Origin: Marsupella aquatica | Taxonomy: Eukaryota; Plantae; Marchantiophyta | Direction of reading: 5' to 3' | Assembly: GCA_973895155.1 (NCBI GenBank) | Contig: OZ316892.1 | Span: 23,041,168 to 23,105,167 of the forward strand | Length of the DNA stretch: 64,000 nt | Shown: piece by piece, positions 26,265-40,405 of the stretch | How the letters are laid out: every line of letters starts with the position of its first letter | How positions within the stretch are numbered: the first letter of the stretch is position 1 | Notes under the pieces: generated by a model | Databases searched by the model: none | The model's input: only the letters and a program-made list of their open reading frames with translations | Told to the model about the DNA's origin: nothing | Position numbers and translations under genes: made by a program

Positions 26265-29200
26265 GGTGTGGTGGGGGAACGAGTCCAACTAACGAGATAC
26301 TGGTCGCTTCCGCATAGGAATTTCCGTTGTCTGGCGCTGCTCTACTCTCGGGAGGTGTCACGAAGTGTCACGAGTAAATTATTATTCAATTCAAATTTTT
26401 GTAGGCGATGAGGTTGATTTGGGTGCATCGATTATCTCTCAGACGGCAGTTTCGCGCCTCCCTTTCGTCAAATACTGTCCATCGAGGATCTTGTGCAATC
26501 CCGGCAATCGGTTTTTGATATGTAGGCTTAGAGATGTAGTAGGTTCCTCATTTTTGCGGGGAACCCTCGCAGTTTTACTCTCCTGAGGCTGTTTATTCAC
26601 GGAGTAGGTCTTCGGAGTCGCGTGGGGTTTTTTGGTAGTCCTCATTCCGAGATAATTAGACACATGTATCAATTTGGTGATGAGCCCATTTTTAAGGAGT
26701 TCAAAGAGCATAATCGTCGTGAGTTGGTCGGCCATCGCTGAGCTGAGCTGAGCACTCAATTCACCCGGGAGCTGAACTTGATGGCCAACTGTGAGGAACA
26801 GCCTGAGAGAGAGAGGAGAGGTCTCAAATTTAGCTAGCACCCCGTTTTTTGCCATGTTAATGAAGCCAGAGTTTGTAATGGTGTATGTATCAAGAAGCTT
26901 GGTTATGTGTACTGTATCCCCCGGCATCACAAAGGACTGTCGTCCTGGCTCTGGGAGTGTACAACAGAGTAAACTCAGCTTTGCCGGTTTTGATTAAAGA
27001 TTGCATTTCCTGTGTGATCATCCCGTTGGAGAAGGGATATGTATACGAGATTCTCTTTTCAGCTATCTCTTTTTGGTGGTGGCAGTTTGCCCAAAGGCTG
27101 TGTCGTATGGGAACTGCTTTTGTGATGCATAGGATTGTTCCAATTTACTGGTAGCTCGGCACAGATTCGCATTCTAGTTTCCGTCGTTGTGGCGATTGAA
27201 CTTTGTGGCGATCCATAACTGACGCTGCCTGAGATCAACTTTGTCTTTGGGGTTAAGCTGATTTGTTGATGAACTCTGCATTGCGTGGGTGTGAAGCTCG
27301 TTGGTTAATGATAGTTGATGGGAGCGGTGCTTGAAGTTACACAGCTTTTGTTCAACTGCACCTTGTTTCGTTCTAGTTGCAAGCCCTTTGGTTGGTCGAG
27401 TTTGAGCTATTGTACTCATGCCGAGAACTTCATTGTGATTGAGGATGTATCGACATCGTGTTCCCAGGGAGTCTGATTGGCCTCAAGTCGTCCTCCCGAG
27501 GAAGGAGGACTGCCAGCGACATTAATATGTACCGGTTTGGCAAGGAAATGTAGTGATGATTGCTGTCATCACATTGGAATGGTGGTCGCCTCTTGGGTGA
27601 AACTTTCTTGGTTGCAGAATCTGTTTGTTGCGTCATTATGTGCTCTGGATACTTCATCCATCGTAGTAGCTGTCCGTGGTATGGATTCCAAGAGCGGGAG
27701 GAAGAACGAAGGATCGGTGGGTGAACTTGCAGACAACGAAGGTAATCTTGATACGATTGATTAAAGTAAGCACCCTTCCCTTTCATTCACTTCATATGAT
27801 GACTCTATCCTAACTTGTTTTGTGCTGTGAACATAGAGATGCTCGAAAGATTGAGTTTTAGATCTGAGGATCGAATGAGAATGGAAATCTTTGTGGGAGG
27901 GATGTGAACCGTTCCTAGTACGTCTCCACCGCAATGAATGGGGATGCGCGAACTTCATCTTCATGGCTTGCCCAAACCTTGTTGCTACTACAGTAAGTGT
28001 AGGATTCGACCGATGATGAGAGACGTTTCGAGCTTTGAACTGCGTTCGACCGGTCCGAGTTGGTCGCACGTTGATGTGAGTTAGATTTACTTTCACAGTG
28101 TCGATAATCATCCAATTACAGTAAAAATCGCTAATAGGATCATTTCCTGTTGTGGGATGAGGTTCTGGAGATTAAGATAGAGGGAGAAATTTGGACGATC
28201 CTGACAATGTGCAGTTTACTGTTGTACTACTATTTTCCTTTATGGCTTTCCACCTACTGAGGCCAGAGAGGCTCAGAGTCTCCCGTGGATAAATCACTCC
28301 ACGGCCGTTGCACCGTATCTAACTCAGACACGCGGTCGCTGACTGTTGTACGTTCGGAACGCTGTGCTTTGTACTGGGTCTCTGTGTTCCCTCCAATTCC
28401 TTCTAAATAAATCATGTCCCCGGGGTTGGAAACGAGGTGAGTATCACGTCGTCTACTCTTTCAATACCCCGGTACGGGCCCCAATGAAGCTGTCTCTCAT
28501 CCCAGGTGTGTATGTGCCTTCTTCATACAACTCCGCGAGTCTGCGGTGTCCGTCTAGCATCCCCACGGATCAAATATTAATCAAAGCTATCATCAATCGT
28601 GCTTGGGAATGGCTTGTGAAACTCCGCTCTTCCACCCACGGGTCGTCGACCCAGTTCCCAATCCGTATTCCCCCTCTTCCCCACGTTATCTGGTGTGACC
28701 CCCATTCGTTCTGCCACCTTCCGAACGACACACATGAGCCGAACTGTCAATATCCACGAGCGAATTGAATCCCCCTCCGTGCCTCGCTTTCAACATTACA
28801 TTCCCCACTCCTGTCCCACTTTTGCAGCAGTCCCAAATCTGAACGAGAGCAACACTTCATTCGCCGAGCTGTTCCTCCTCCTCGGACCTCCTCCTCATCC
28901 TCCGGCCTCCCTTCTTCTTCTTCATGTACCTCGGAGTCACAATCTTACTCCCTCCCCCTTCATTCACTCTTCCACCTCGATGCATCACAAGGCGCCGATC
29001 AAACACCAGACACAGGACTGAATGGAACCTTTGGAACCCACGACGTCTCCACTGCCTCCCCCTACACAACACTGCTGAAAACACCCTTCCTCCGAAATTC
29101 GAACCCTACGCCAGTGCCCTTCATCTCCGACGTCCATCCAACATTCAACGGCCCACATTGGAAGATTCCTCGAGCATATTTTCTCTCGTTGGAAATGCAC

Positions 29201-32200
29201 TCGTTCCCCTCAGTCACAAATTCCTCGACTGCTATGCTCACGATGGTTGTCAACGTCCATCAATCCGTCAAGTGGATCTCTCTGTACCGTGGGTCCCCAC
29301 CCCTGTCATGTCAGCCCTCTCAATTCCCCTGCGGGCCCTCTAATCGCCCTGCCAGCTTTATGTTCTGCCCTCCAACGGCCCGTGCAGCCACTCGTGGTAC
29401 ACGACAAGTCTGGGGAGAGTTTTTCCTTCCCCCGCCCCCCGTTTCCCCCTTTCTATTCTGAGCTGGCCACTCCGATCTGTGGCGGCTCGCCAGCATATAG
29501 TCCCTAATCCCCTCGCCACCCCTCACCTACCCACGCCACTTCTCTCGCACTAGACGACAACGCTGTCCTACGCTAGGCGCGACAAAAAAGGGTTTCCCGG
29601 GCCCCGATACCGCAATCACGTCAGATATACCGTCACCGAGCTCCCAGATCGACGGCCCGGAAAGCGCCGCGGCCTTTTTCTGTGGATCCTGACCGTCAAT
29701 CCTGTCTGACGTTACATGGAATTTGTGAGAATGAATGTCCCAGGTTCGGCAATCGGCGCACGGGATTCGATCCAGAGGAGAGGATGGCGTGTCTCTTGGT
29801 TAGCACTTTGACTCGACTCACTCCCGTGAAACTCGGGTTACGGGGTAAGACTGTACCCACCGTCCACAGCCTACGGCTGGATTCGACAAAAATTTCCCCC
29901 GTTGGTTGACAGCAGAGCCCATTCAAACAGGGCCTTCGTTTTGAATTTTGAAACTTTCTTTTTCCTTCATGGTGAAATGATGGTAATAAGGTGTTTTTGT
30001 GTTGTCCAGACCTGGGCTAGGGGTTATCAATCATGCAAAGCGTGCACAAAAAGTGAGTGGGCCATGAAACCCTTCAACACGCATGTGTTTTTGGAAGGAT
30101 TCCAAAGCCAAATAATTTAGATATTTTTAAAAACGTTTTTTAAATAGAACAGGAAAGTCTACCCTAGGCTCTCAGCAGTTCAACTGGCTTTCATCATATT
30201 AACCCGAAGAACCCCCTTATACAACCCCCCTCATAGGCAGGAAGGGCTCCCGTATCCAACTCCCCATGCCTCACATGCATAGTATAACTATTAAACATGT
30301 ATGTTACCAAAAACTTTATTACCTATGACTTCACTCTACAAATCAGCTCATGAAGAGTAGACTTTGATCATGAATGGTAGTATAGATATTGCATTATTGA
30401 AAATAATACATGAACCACAACAACTTGGAGATTCCTAAGGGAAAGCACAAAGAGGGATGGTGACAAAAGTATGTGTTTCCTTTTGATGTTATCTGATGTG
30501 AGATAAAGGTCAAGATGAAAATCAATGGCTCAGGTTTGAAAATTTGAAATGCTACTCCCTGTTTTTCTCCTGTTTGGTAAGATCAAATTGACCTTATTCC
30601 CTTGCACAAAACCATTACATTCATCAATCCATTCAAAGCAACGTAGACTACACTCTACCATCTCAAGTACCAGCTCCCGGGACAATGCGCCAAGCCCTGC
30701 ACCCATCCATGGTATGCACTAGGCTGTAAGTGCAGGTAATTATGTGTATGCACTTGTGGATATGTGCAAATTACAGAACTGCAATACATGCAGTTCGAGC
30801 ACTTAAGGGGAAGAAATCAGGGCTTGACCACCTCCACCCTCAGCCCATGCTCAATGTCTTTCCTTTGCAGTTTGGCTTTGCAATCTGGAAATTGCGATGT
30901 CATTGTGAACATCCTGTCAGGGTCCCACACCATAAAATCCTTGTAACCTTAGCCCTTGTACAGCCCCTTGCAATCTAAATCAGTGCATGTATATACCCCA
31001 TATATGTAATTGAGGCAAGCTCTTACCACTAAAAACATATTGTGTACAGAAGTAAAACCATATTGTGTATGGTGAATGGTAAAAACATTCGGCCGCATTG
31101 GATCTAATCAACTAAAAGAGCAGTTGTTCAACAATTTGATCCATTTCATTCTATATAACACTAACAATGGCCCTGAATGAGATTTTGTACTGGTTGAAAA
31201 ACTACCGCATTCAAGCGGGCGCCAGATACCCCATAATGCGATCCCCTGATCCAATCCCACCATCTTTGTCAAGACACAAATTGAGGTGGACAAGACATCT
31301 CCCAGAAGTACATGAATTACTTTTAGGGACCACTTTAATTAATCAGGTGCACGTAACAGGAACAGTCTTGTTACTCAGGTCTAAACGTCTTTCTGAGCAA
31401 TAAGACAGGACCACATGATATGCTTATAACAACACACTGGATGCATGGATCGAGAGGGGATGATTCTAGAATCAGACCAGGCACTGGGAGTACAAGGTCT
31501 CTTTCCTCCTCTCCTGCAAAAAATTGAATACATCGCATGATACTTCTGGTGGGATCTCGCATTGGTGAATCTCCACATTTGTCATTAGCCATATTGCTGC
31601 TATCAGTGAGTTTACGTGCATTACTTAACTCCATTGAGGTCATATTTTTCCCCAATCAATTAAAGTTGGTTCTGTAGTTTTAGTAGTGCCCTAAACTTAT
31701 TTGATGACCTAGCTTTTCTCAAGAGTTCACCATGAGTAGTAACCTGAATGATTCGCTGATACCAAAAAAACTCAAAATATTGAAAACCAGAGCAATATGG
31801 TAACACCTATGACCTGTTGAATATATATAACATGTGGCGGTTTGATTTGACTGCTCCTCCACCACAGAGATTACGTGCTGATCTTACCATGGTATGAGAT
31901 GGTAGGCGTACTTGGCTGCTGAAGGGTGGCCAGTTTTTTGCGCCACAAAATGATCAGGATAGGGATAGCACTGGCACGGGCACCTCGCAGCAACAACATG
32001 GGTCTCCACAAAAAGGAGGTAAAATGTGCAGTACAAGTGTGATCAGATACCTTCAACTTGCTTGCCATTTAGATGTTTGGGAGACTCCATCACCAGTTCA
32101 ATGGCTTCTTTGACTATCTCAAGATATTCACTGCCAAGTGGGTTCCAAGGGACCACCACTATCCATTTGACTATGCACTTTTGTTGGCAAAGTCAATGAA

Positions 32201-33599
32201 ATGACAATGTACTCAAGCTTGAGCAATCTAACGCAGATCTCTAGCGGTGGGTACTAGTGTGCCTCAACAGAGGCTTGCTCTCTCAGAGGACATCCACGTC
32301 CAATTAGTAAACTTAGTTATGACCCTAGATGAGATCATTCGCTCAAGCCTACCGTCTTCTCCCAAACACAGTGCCATGGCATCGTGTTCAAAAATGGAAA
32401 ATTTGGGGCCCTGTGACAAAAAACATTTTTGAACACAAACACAGCATCTGTTTTAGACAATGTTCGGGCGCTATGTTTGAATATTGGCTTTGTGTTGAGT
32501 TGGACGCTTTATTTGAGTTTTGACACTCAACTATTGTACATTTGACACAAACAATAAAAAATTCATGAATCACATGACAATTATGTCAAATTGTCAATAT
32601 TCAAACACAAAGCCAATATTTGAACACAATATCCATTTTCAAACAAGGCTCTCCAAGTATAAAAAATGAAAACACATATTCAAAACTCAAATACAACTTC
32701 CCGGGTGCACTAGTCAAGTGGAGCGCCCCATGGCCCAGTATTTGAATACAAGACCATGGCGTTGTGTTTGGGGGAAGACAATAGTTACAACACTCGATGT
32801 GCACCATTAACTCAGACTTAGTTACTACATAACGGGCTACATAATATTTTACCATTAGCTCATCGCACAATTGACCTAGTTGATTCATATCATTTTTCCC
32901 TCCTAGGTGTAAGGTGGGGTTTGGATTTTCCCACTTCTTTTGAGTATGGTGTTTGTCCAATTTGGAACTGTTTGCTTTGACTACATTGTACTTTGTTTGG
33001 CCCCATTTTGTAAACTATGACCGCTTTTTACCCTTTTCTTCCGTCTTCAATTCTTTGAGAAACATGATATTTTCAGCGCTTTGCCAAGGCCATCATCAGA
33101 TTGCAACTGCAACGTTTGGGGTTTTAGGTTTTTAGGGAAACATTTCTTTAACAGAAGGGGGAAACATCGCTCAAGCAGAGCAAGTATATAACTGGCTAAG
33201 CTGCTTTGGCAGGGAGAAACCACATTGATAAAGTTAGAGAAACTACAAGAAAAAGAGCAAGATAAAGTTGTCCCACCGGTTCTATAGTATCCACACTCCA
33301 TTATTGCTATCAGTTGATTGGACATTCAGGTCCATTGGTTGTAGACTGAGGTGGTAGGCTATGGAGTGGGGATTCGAGAGCAACTTCAGTAGTCATACCA
33401 CATCAAAGTGATAGCACTTTTCATCATCAAACTGAGCTGTTCAAAGACCAAAAGTAAGAAAAGGAGTCTCACATCGCCTCAAAGTCGGTCATTCATCAAC
33501 TTCAAAAGTCTATCCCAAAACATGAGTGATTGAAAATTAATATAACAAGAGCATCATCTGCTCTTTAAGATGAGTCCAGCTCTTTAAGATAAGTCCATG

Positions 33600-33960
33600 A
33601 GATCCCAGATGAAAATCCTCCCATGCAGATGACGACGTTGACGAATTAGTAGGATGTCCCATGAGAGGCGGTGTTTTCAAACGGTCTACAGTATCTAAAA
33701 ATTGTTTGCCTCCAACACATCATGACGTGAATCTATTAATTTTTCTACAGTTCATAGACGGATTCCATCTTCATACAAAGTTAATGAGGACGATAAAGAG
33801 GAAAGTAGCCTTACGTGTGTTTTCTGTTTAACTTTTTATTTTCAAATTTTTTACTGATAAGGCAAGTTAAATTTTCAGCTTGTAAAACCACAAGTTCCCA
33901 TATAAAGTACTCCATGTAACCCGTAGTCCTTGTTTTCATATGGCACAATACCATATACAA
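33600..33960 (-). mobile_element. Possible Ty3/Gypsy (chromovirus) integrase C-terminus/chromodomain remnant
   Basis: Minus-strand fragments in the expected order: 'YKLKI' ... 'HVRLL' ... 'TVEKLIDSR', resembling GPY/F-domain AYKL..FHVSLL followed by chromodomain YEVEKILDSR. Stops and frameshifts throughout. Confidence 0.35.
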
Positions 33961-35818
33961 AAGAGCATCTCATATTTTCAGGAATTTCTAACTTTCAGTG
34001 TCATCTCAGTAGTTCGCCATAGTGGGTGATCATAGATTGGTGAGATCTATGTCCATAAAAACCATATCTAACATAGTTCATTTTTGTTAAGAAATCACCA
34101 AAAACGTTTTTAGGGTAGAAGGGTTCAATGATGGGAAGCGAGGGTGAGCCTTCAGATTAGGTCTACAGTTCACCTAGGCAAATGAAGAATGGCCAGTTAG
34201 GGGCAAGGCTCCTTTAATAGTAGTGGCTATGGTTAAAGGGAAGCTGAAACCCAGATGGGCACAAAGGTTGGAAAGGAGGGTTTGGTCCGAGTCATCTTGA
34301 CCAACCTCTGGACCTGACTTGGACCAAACCTTTCTTTCTTTTCCCTTTATATGCAAGGGTTGGTAAACATTTTAAGTAAACCGACTTTTACCTGAAAGAT
34401 TTTCTGCCTTTGAATGTGTAGTGTGTGAGTACTGATGTACATGCAATGTATCTGGAAAGTCTTGACCAAGATCCAATCCAACCTTGGGTAATGGAACCAG
34501 GCCCCAAAGATACAAACAGGCAGTGGGGTGAGTTGATAATCATATTTGTCTAAACTATCCTTGATTCAGATCGTTTCATTATGGATCGTTTCTGAAGAAA
34601 GTATACTAGTGTACCTTTTTGACCAAAAGCAGATAAATTTCGAAAAATAAACGTAGAATTTTATGAGGTACTATATTTGTGACTGCTTTAGTAACACCTG
34701 TGGTTCTCCTTTTTATTTTTGGAGTGAAAGGCGGAATGGCCAAGTTTCTTGCTCTCTTCACACCCGTGTGGCCTTGGTAGCCTGTGTGGCCTATGTTTCA
34801 CTATGATTCTTGTTTGGATCAGTGTTAACTATAGTTGAGGGTCTGCTCTGTTATCACCTGTGGTTCTAGGCTCTCCTTTAGCTGCGTGTACATGTTGCTC
34901 TTGTAGGTTAATTAGCAGTAGATCTCTTGCTTTCAGATTGAAAAAGAGAACTGAATCGCAAGATACAAAGGCTAGAACCATGCAACACCTACACACTTAC
35001 CATTTCTTAAGTGCATAACATGAGACCTTATGGGTATAAGTCCCAATTGGTTGCCCCTGGGCTAGACCACTTTGGTCCCACAAATTTAGAGTAGGGAACA
35101 AAATTTAGAGATAAACGTAACACATCTCTTTGTTTCTTTTTGAAAGAAAATAGTTAATCTTCACTAAGTGGTAAGAGTAGCACTCAGGGAAATGGTAACC
35201 TATTGGGAAAAAACACTAACTATCCCCCACTAAAATCAAACAGAGCAGTGTTTTTCTGATCATGTCATTGACAACTGAGATCAAGGGTCAAAATCTGATA
35301 ACATAACAGCTAACCCAGCACTCCCAGGAAGTGATAGTTTAACCTAAGAGATCGTTAGATGAGTCTGGGCAAATTAGTAACGATTGGAGAAGGGAAAGAT
35401 TTAGCAGATGGGGGACCAAGCTTAGCAGTGAGAGATGGCAACTAGCAACAATAGTCTATCTTCTGAAGAATTTACAAACTATACACAATATTTTATAACA
35501 GTTTCTAACTGCATTAGAGCCACAACCCTGATAGGATCTGTTTGAAACTGGGTGAAATGTTAGCGGGGATGTTAGTATCTCCATCTAAACATTTGGATGG
35601 GATTCCAAAATGGTCTTTCTGTCAATGTTCATTTCTTAAATTCCAAAACCATGTCATCCTACTTAGAAAGCGTGCTTTCACAAACCGTAAATGACCAAAC
35701 CAATTTTGACCCCAGATTGATTGTGTAGCTTGTCCCACAAAATGTTTAATTCTCACCTTCACCCCTGTTTTGTATATAGGCCTAGCAAAACTGCCAGGGT
35801 CCCCAGTGATTTCGTGGA

Positions 35819-35974
35819 GGGATTTGCTTGATCAGACCCCCAAAATGGAACGCGTTACTTGGTAGGACCCCTGAGTGATCCAGACCGTTGATTGACCTGG
35901 AATCAATGTAACCAAAACTTCAGGGGTACTGTCAAATAACGCAATTTGTTTTGGGGTCTGATCAAGCAAATCCC
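35819..35974. mobile_element. 156-bp foldback MITE (GGG...CCC termini)
   Basis: TIRs 'gggatttgcttgatcagacccccaaaa' / 'ttttggggtctgatcaagcaaatccc'. Inner arms 'gcgttacttggtaggacccctgag' / 'cttcaggggtactgtcaaataacgc' are also largely complementary. The flanks share 'gtgatttc(t)gtgg' (degenerate TSD-like). Confidence 0.8.
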
Positions 35975-37444
35975 TTGTGATTTCTGTGGCACAGCATGGA
36001 AAGACCGGTTAGCCTTCCTCACTCAAAAATTGCCCTAAACCAGGCCAACCCTTCACCCTTTGCATATGCAGGGTGCCCACCTCCACTTAGACCTTCACAT
36101 TGCTGCAGCTTGTGGTCAAGTGCTGCTGCACCAAGCCCACTCCTGCCCCAGCCCGGGTCCTTGTATGTACCACCATTCAATGGATTTGTTTTTCTGGAGG
36201 GTGAAATGAATCAGCATGGACTACAGTTGGGCTTGGACAGGAGCTTGTGACACCTTCACCCGCCCTGGTTTGCCAAGGGGATTGGGCTGGCCTGTTTTAG
36301 GGGAATTTTTACTAGGGTAAGGCTGCAGCCACCAGGGATATTGGGTTAACTACAGCGGTTTGAATTAGCCCCACATGAGTCAAGGTGGCCAGTAAAATAG
36401 TTTGGGATCTAGGTTACAAAATTCGGAAGCTTGGGTACAGGTTAATGAAACGGTTTGTGAAGAAAATCACATTTTGAGATAATAGAGAATTGAACATTGA
36501 AAAGACAATTTTTACTTTTTACTTACTCTCCTCGTTTTGTTGGGGTAATATCGAGGGTGACAAAATCACATGGCCTGCACCGTCTGCGCCACTGACACCT
36601 GCACTGCCCTTCTGGACCGTACGCCTGTCAAGGGCCCAGTCTGGCCTCATCACTGGGTCGCATTTAAGGACCAGCCCAGTGTCCTTAAGCACCTCTTTAA
36701 AGAATATCATAAATGATGGTACGGTCCATCGCTTGGCGACAGTGGTCGGCCTTAAATGCCTGCAAAAGAAACTGCCGCTTTTGGGCAATTTGACCCCGTA
36801 GAGGTGGCCCACCACTCATTGTGAGGAGTGGGATTATAATAGTACTATAAAGCGGGGGTTAATCATTTAACAAACGAATTAGGCAATAAAAACTGTTCAC
36901 GAGAAAACATTGGGACTGCTGTTCACATTTATGGGAACGTTGGAATCACGGGGGACGGGACGGACGGGGCTGGAATCACGGGCAAGTGCTAATCAATAGC
37001 GGTGACCGGGTGGAGACGGTCGTCGTTCCGAGTGTTTGTCCTGCAAGGACGACCTAGAGCTTTTGACCGGCTGACCGACTGCCTGAGCTTCGACGCGCAG
37101 TCACGACCGTCGTAGATGGTATTCGAGTTTGTGTTCTACTGTGGGCGTTATTGTAAATTTTAAAATTGGATCGTTTGCTCACGACAGTGGTTGTATTCTC
37201 AAACGCCCTAAGGGGCATGTTAGAAGAAGTGATATATCATATCATAGTGAATAAAAAATCAAAACTGCGATAGAGGATCCCAGAGGGAAACTTGCGGCAG
37301 TTTGTGTCTTTTTGCTAAGGGGAAATGAATTGGCAGTTTATGTCTTTTGTTTATGATGAAGTGAATCTCCACATTTGATGCCAAATTGCCTATGTTATAT
37401 TTGCTTTAGAAAACTTCCATGGCTAAGTTTCTTGTGGAACTGCC

Positions 37445-37793
37445 AAACCTAAATGGCTTATAGTCTTAGGTCTAGAGTGAAGACTATAGCCATAGTTAGG
37501 CTAACCGGAGCTGCAAAGTTGGTTAGGTTAGTCATGCTACATCCTATGTACATATAAGCAGTTTGCTTGCAGAGAAAGAACTCAAGCTCATTGTTGTGGA
37601 GACACTTGAGAGATAATAAGAACTAGTGTTATGAAAACTTGGTATGACTAACAAGTCTAGAGAGTAGTGAAACTCTTGTGTGTTCCTGTGGAGGGAGTTT
37701 CATTGGAGTTGAATCACGGTTCTCTTTGTGTCAATTACATATTCGTTGGATTATCATATGTGCATATTGTCACAAGTATCATGTTTACCCAAC
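37445..37793 (+). mobile_element. Solo LTR, same family as 7617-7960 (opposite orientation)
   Basis: 'tcttaggtctagagt..atagttaggctaaccg..cttgagagataa..ctcttgtgtgttcctgtg..tttacccAACA' is the reverse-complement homolog of the 7617 and 41375 copies. Confidence 0.65.
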
Positions 37794-38689
37794 AGATAGC
37801 ATCCTGGTTTGGACAGCATTCTGCCGACATAGCACTCTCAATTGGACAAAAGACTATCCCATCTTCAGAGGTCCTTCTTGAGCCCGCTTTGTCCCCCTTC
37901 TCTTTACTATTCTGCCTTGGTCATGCCTGGAGGACTAGAAGTGCATGAAAGCCAGGCCGGAGTTGCAGCCCTGGTGAAAACGCATCCCCTTGCTGGAGCT
38001 AACTCCGTGTTGCCTTGCACACGCAGGAACGCACGCGAAAGGATGCAGTAGTCACACCCTTTGCCTGCAGATGATCAGAATCGGCCAGGCCACAGGTCGG
38101 AGTGGAAATATGGGGGCGGGCTTTGGACTTCTTCTAAAGTGCCTTGTAAAGTGACTTTAGCACTCATGGCTATTGCACTGAAGTGTCACTTCTTGTTCTA
38201 AAGAGAGACTCCACTCCCAAAATCTGTTGATAAAATTTAAGTTAGTCCAATCCCTTAAAATGAAGGAGCCAAAGTGAATTCCATATATGTTATTTACTAA
38301 TTAAGTATAAACAATTTCTCTCCACTGATAAGCTTGATAAGGGTGATTGGAAAGCCTAAAAAAATAATAGGCTTCTTGAAGATAGAAATATTTCTGATTT
38401 TAGTGGTCTGAACATTGACTTGCCAATGTTTGTACAGTATTTAGTGGATTGCTGTATCTGTAGAGAAATTTCCTGATAAAAGTGAGGGCTCTAAATGGCC
38501 ACTAAGGTGCACAACTGCCAGTCCCAGGTAGGTTGAACTGGTGCCCTTGTGTGTGTGTGTGAGGCAGGAAACACAGGAATGCAAGAGGTTGTGAGGCACC
38601 TGGTGCATAGGGGAGGACATGTCACACACACATGCAAGGTCACAAAAAGGGAAATTCAATGCATGGGTACTTTGAAAGGGCAGATTGAG

Positions 38690-40405
38690 GGTTGATCACA
38701 ACACCTCACCCAACCAAATTCAATGCTTAGACCAGCAGGTTAGATGATTTAAGTAAGTGTGCAGCATTGACCTGAATGATTTTAGGAGTCATTCGGATGC
38801 ACTCCTCTGTAAGTAGTTCACCGGGGCTTTGGATCATCCGGAGACGGAGTGGGTTAAACTCTTTGCTTCGAACCTGTGGTTGACAAAATGGAGAAACTAC
38901 AGATCTGTACGCAGGAACCACTACTCTATGACAGATCTAATGCTACTAGGTTCACCACGATCTTTCGGGAAATTGTCTTACACTGCGCAACTCTGGGGCG
39001 CATGGGCACTTGCTCAAGGAAAACTTCATCTTCCACCCTGGAGTGGATGCTATCCTTGGACACTGGATATTGGAGGATCTGGTTTGATGCTCTCAGGATT
39101 TTTATGACCAGCCTGAGGCATCTATTGTGGCAGTGACCCGACTTTGCGGTTACTTAGAAATTAGGAAGGTAGGGAACTTTTGGTCCTTTGCTGCAAATGA
39201 CTAGAGAAACTTGTATACAAGGTTGAACCAATTGAGAGGCCTTACCGACGGAGACCGAACCCTGTGCCTTGCACTGATCAGGGTGGTCCATGGATCTATT
39301 TTCCGTGGAAGCGAATTTGATACCCTCGCTTGTCAAATGGCAGTTGATTGACAAGGACACACGGATTCGACAGTTTTGCTTACCCAACTGGCAGGTATAC
39401 AAAATGTTGAGGCCTAAAGGAATGGATCACCTCAGGCTGAATAGAATATGGGACGTGAGACATACTGATGAAGAATGGAGCAAGATTTACTTGATAATCT
39501 GGAGGCCAGATCTGTTCACCAGAGCAAAACCATTTATATGGCGGGTTCTGGCACATGGGCTTTTCTCTGGATCCAGAGCAATGAGAATTGCCAAGTCAGA
39601 TGGAATTTGCATTCTGTGGCCTGGGATTATTGAGACTGTCCCCCACCTCTTCACTAACTGCAGACACCCACAATGCTATTGGAGGGAAGCTCAGAGCTGG
39701 CTGAATGACACTATCATTCAACCACATCAGAATTTGGTGGAATTAATCTCCAAGTTGTCACTTGGGAAGAGCCCTTGAAGCACACTTTGTTTCTTTCTGT
39801 TGTATCAGATCTTGTGGGCAATTTGGAATGCACAAAATGATCAAATGTTCAATCTTTCCAAAAAAAGAGTTTTTGACCAGATACTTACCATTTTCTGAAA
39901 CCTTGGATCACCTGACCGCAGTGGCGACTGCTATTGGATTGAAGAATAACTCTTCAGAATTACACAGGCTAAACATATTCTAGTGCAGGAATAGATTAGG
40001 ATTTTATGGAGCAGAGTGAGACGTCTGATCTCTGCCTGGTAAGGTTTATTAGGGTTAATTGTGCAAGAATTAGTTTACTTTCTTTGCTGCCTGTTAAAGT
40101 TAGTTAGGATTACCTGGGTCTGGGCGTTTGACTGCGTTCTACTTGCTTATACTAGATCCTGATGCAATCTTTGAAAGGTTACTACTTAGTTTTGTTGTTT
40201 GGTTACATCACTTTTGTTATCTCACTCCCTGAGTGTGCTAGGAGGTTCAGTGGACCAACTCTGTCTTACTAGTTGTCATGGGCCATGGTTGACTTTGACC
40301 TGCTGTGTGTCACTACCCTTGAAGGGCCCTTTTGCCTTTTGGCCTACTTCTTCCCCCAACCGTGGTGTTCACACGGAATAAATTTGAATTTGTTATAATA
40401 AAAAA
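38690..40405 (+). mobile_element. 5'-truncated, degenerate L1-type LINE (post-RT region, zf-RVT, 3' UTR, A-rich tail)
   Basis: ORF 39290-39778 has IW..DL..RAKPFIWRVLAHGL..DGICILWPGIIETVPHLFTNC....YW (zf-RVT). Upstream 'DALLCK*..PETEWVKLF' is typical of the L1 post-RT region. Ends 'ttataataaaaaa' at ~40393-40405. Confidence 0.8.
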
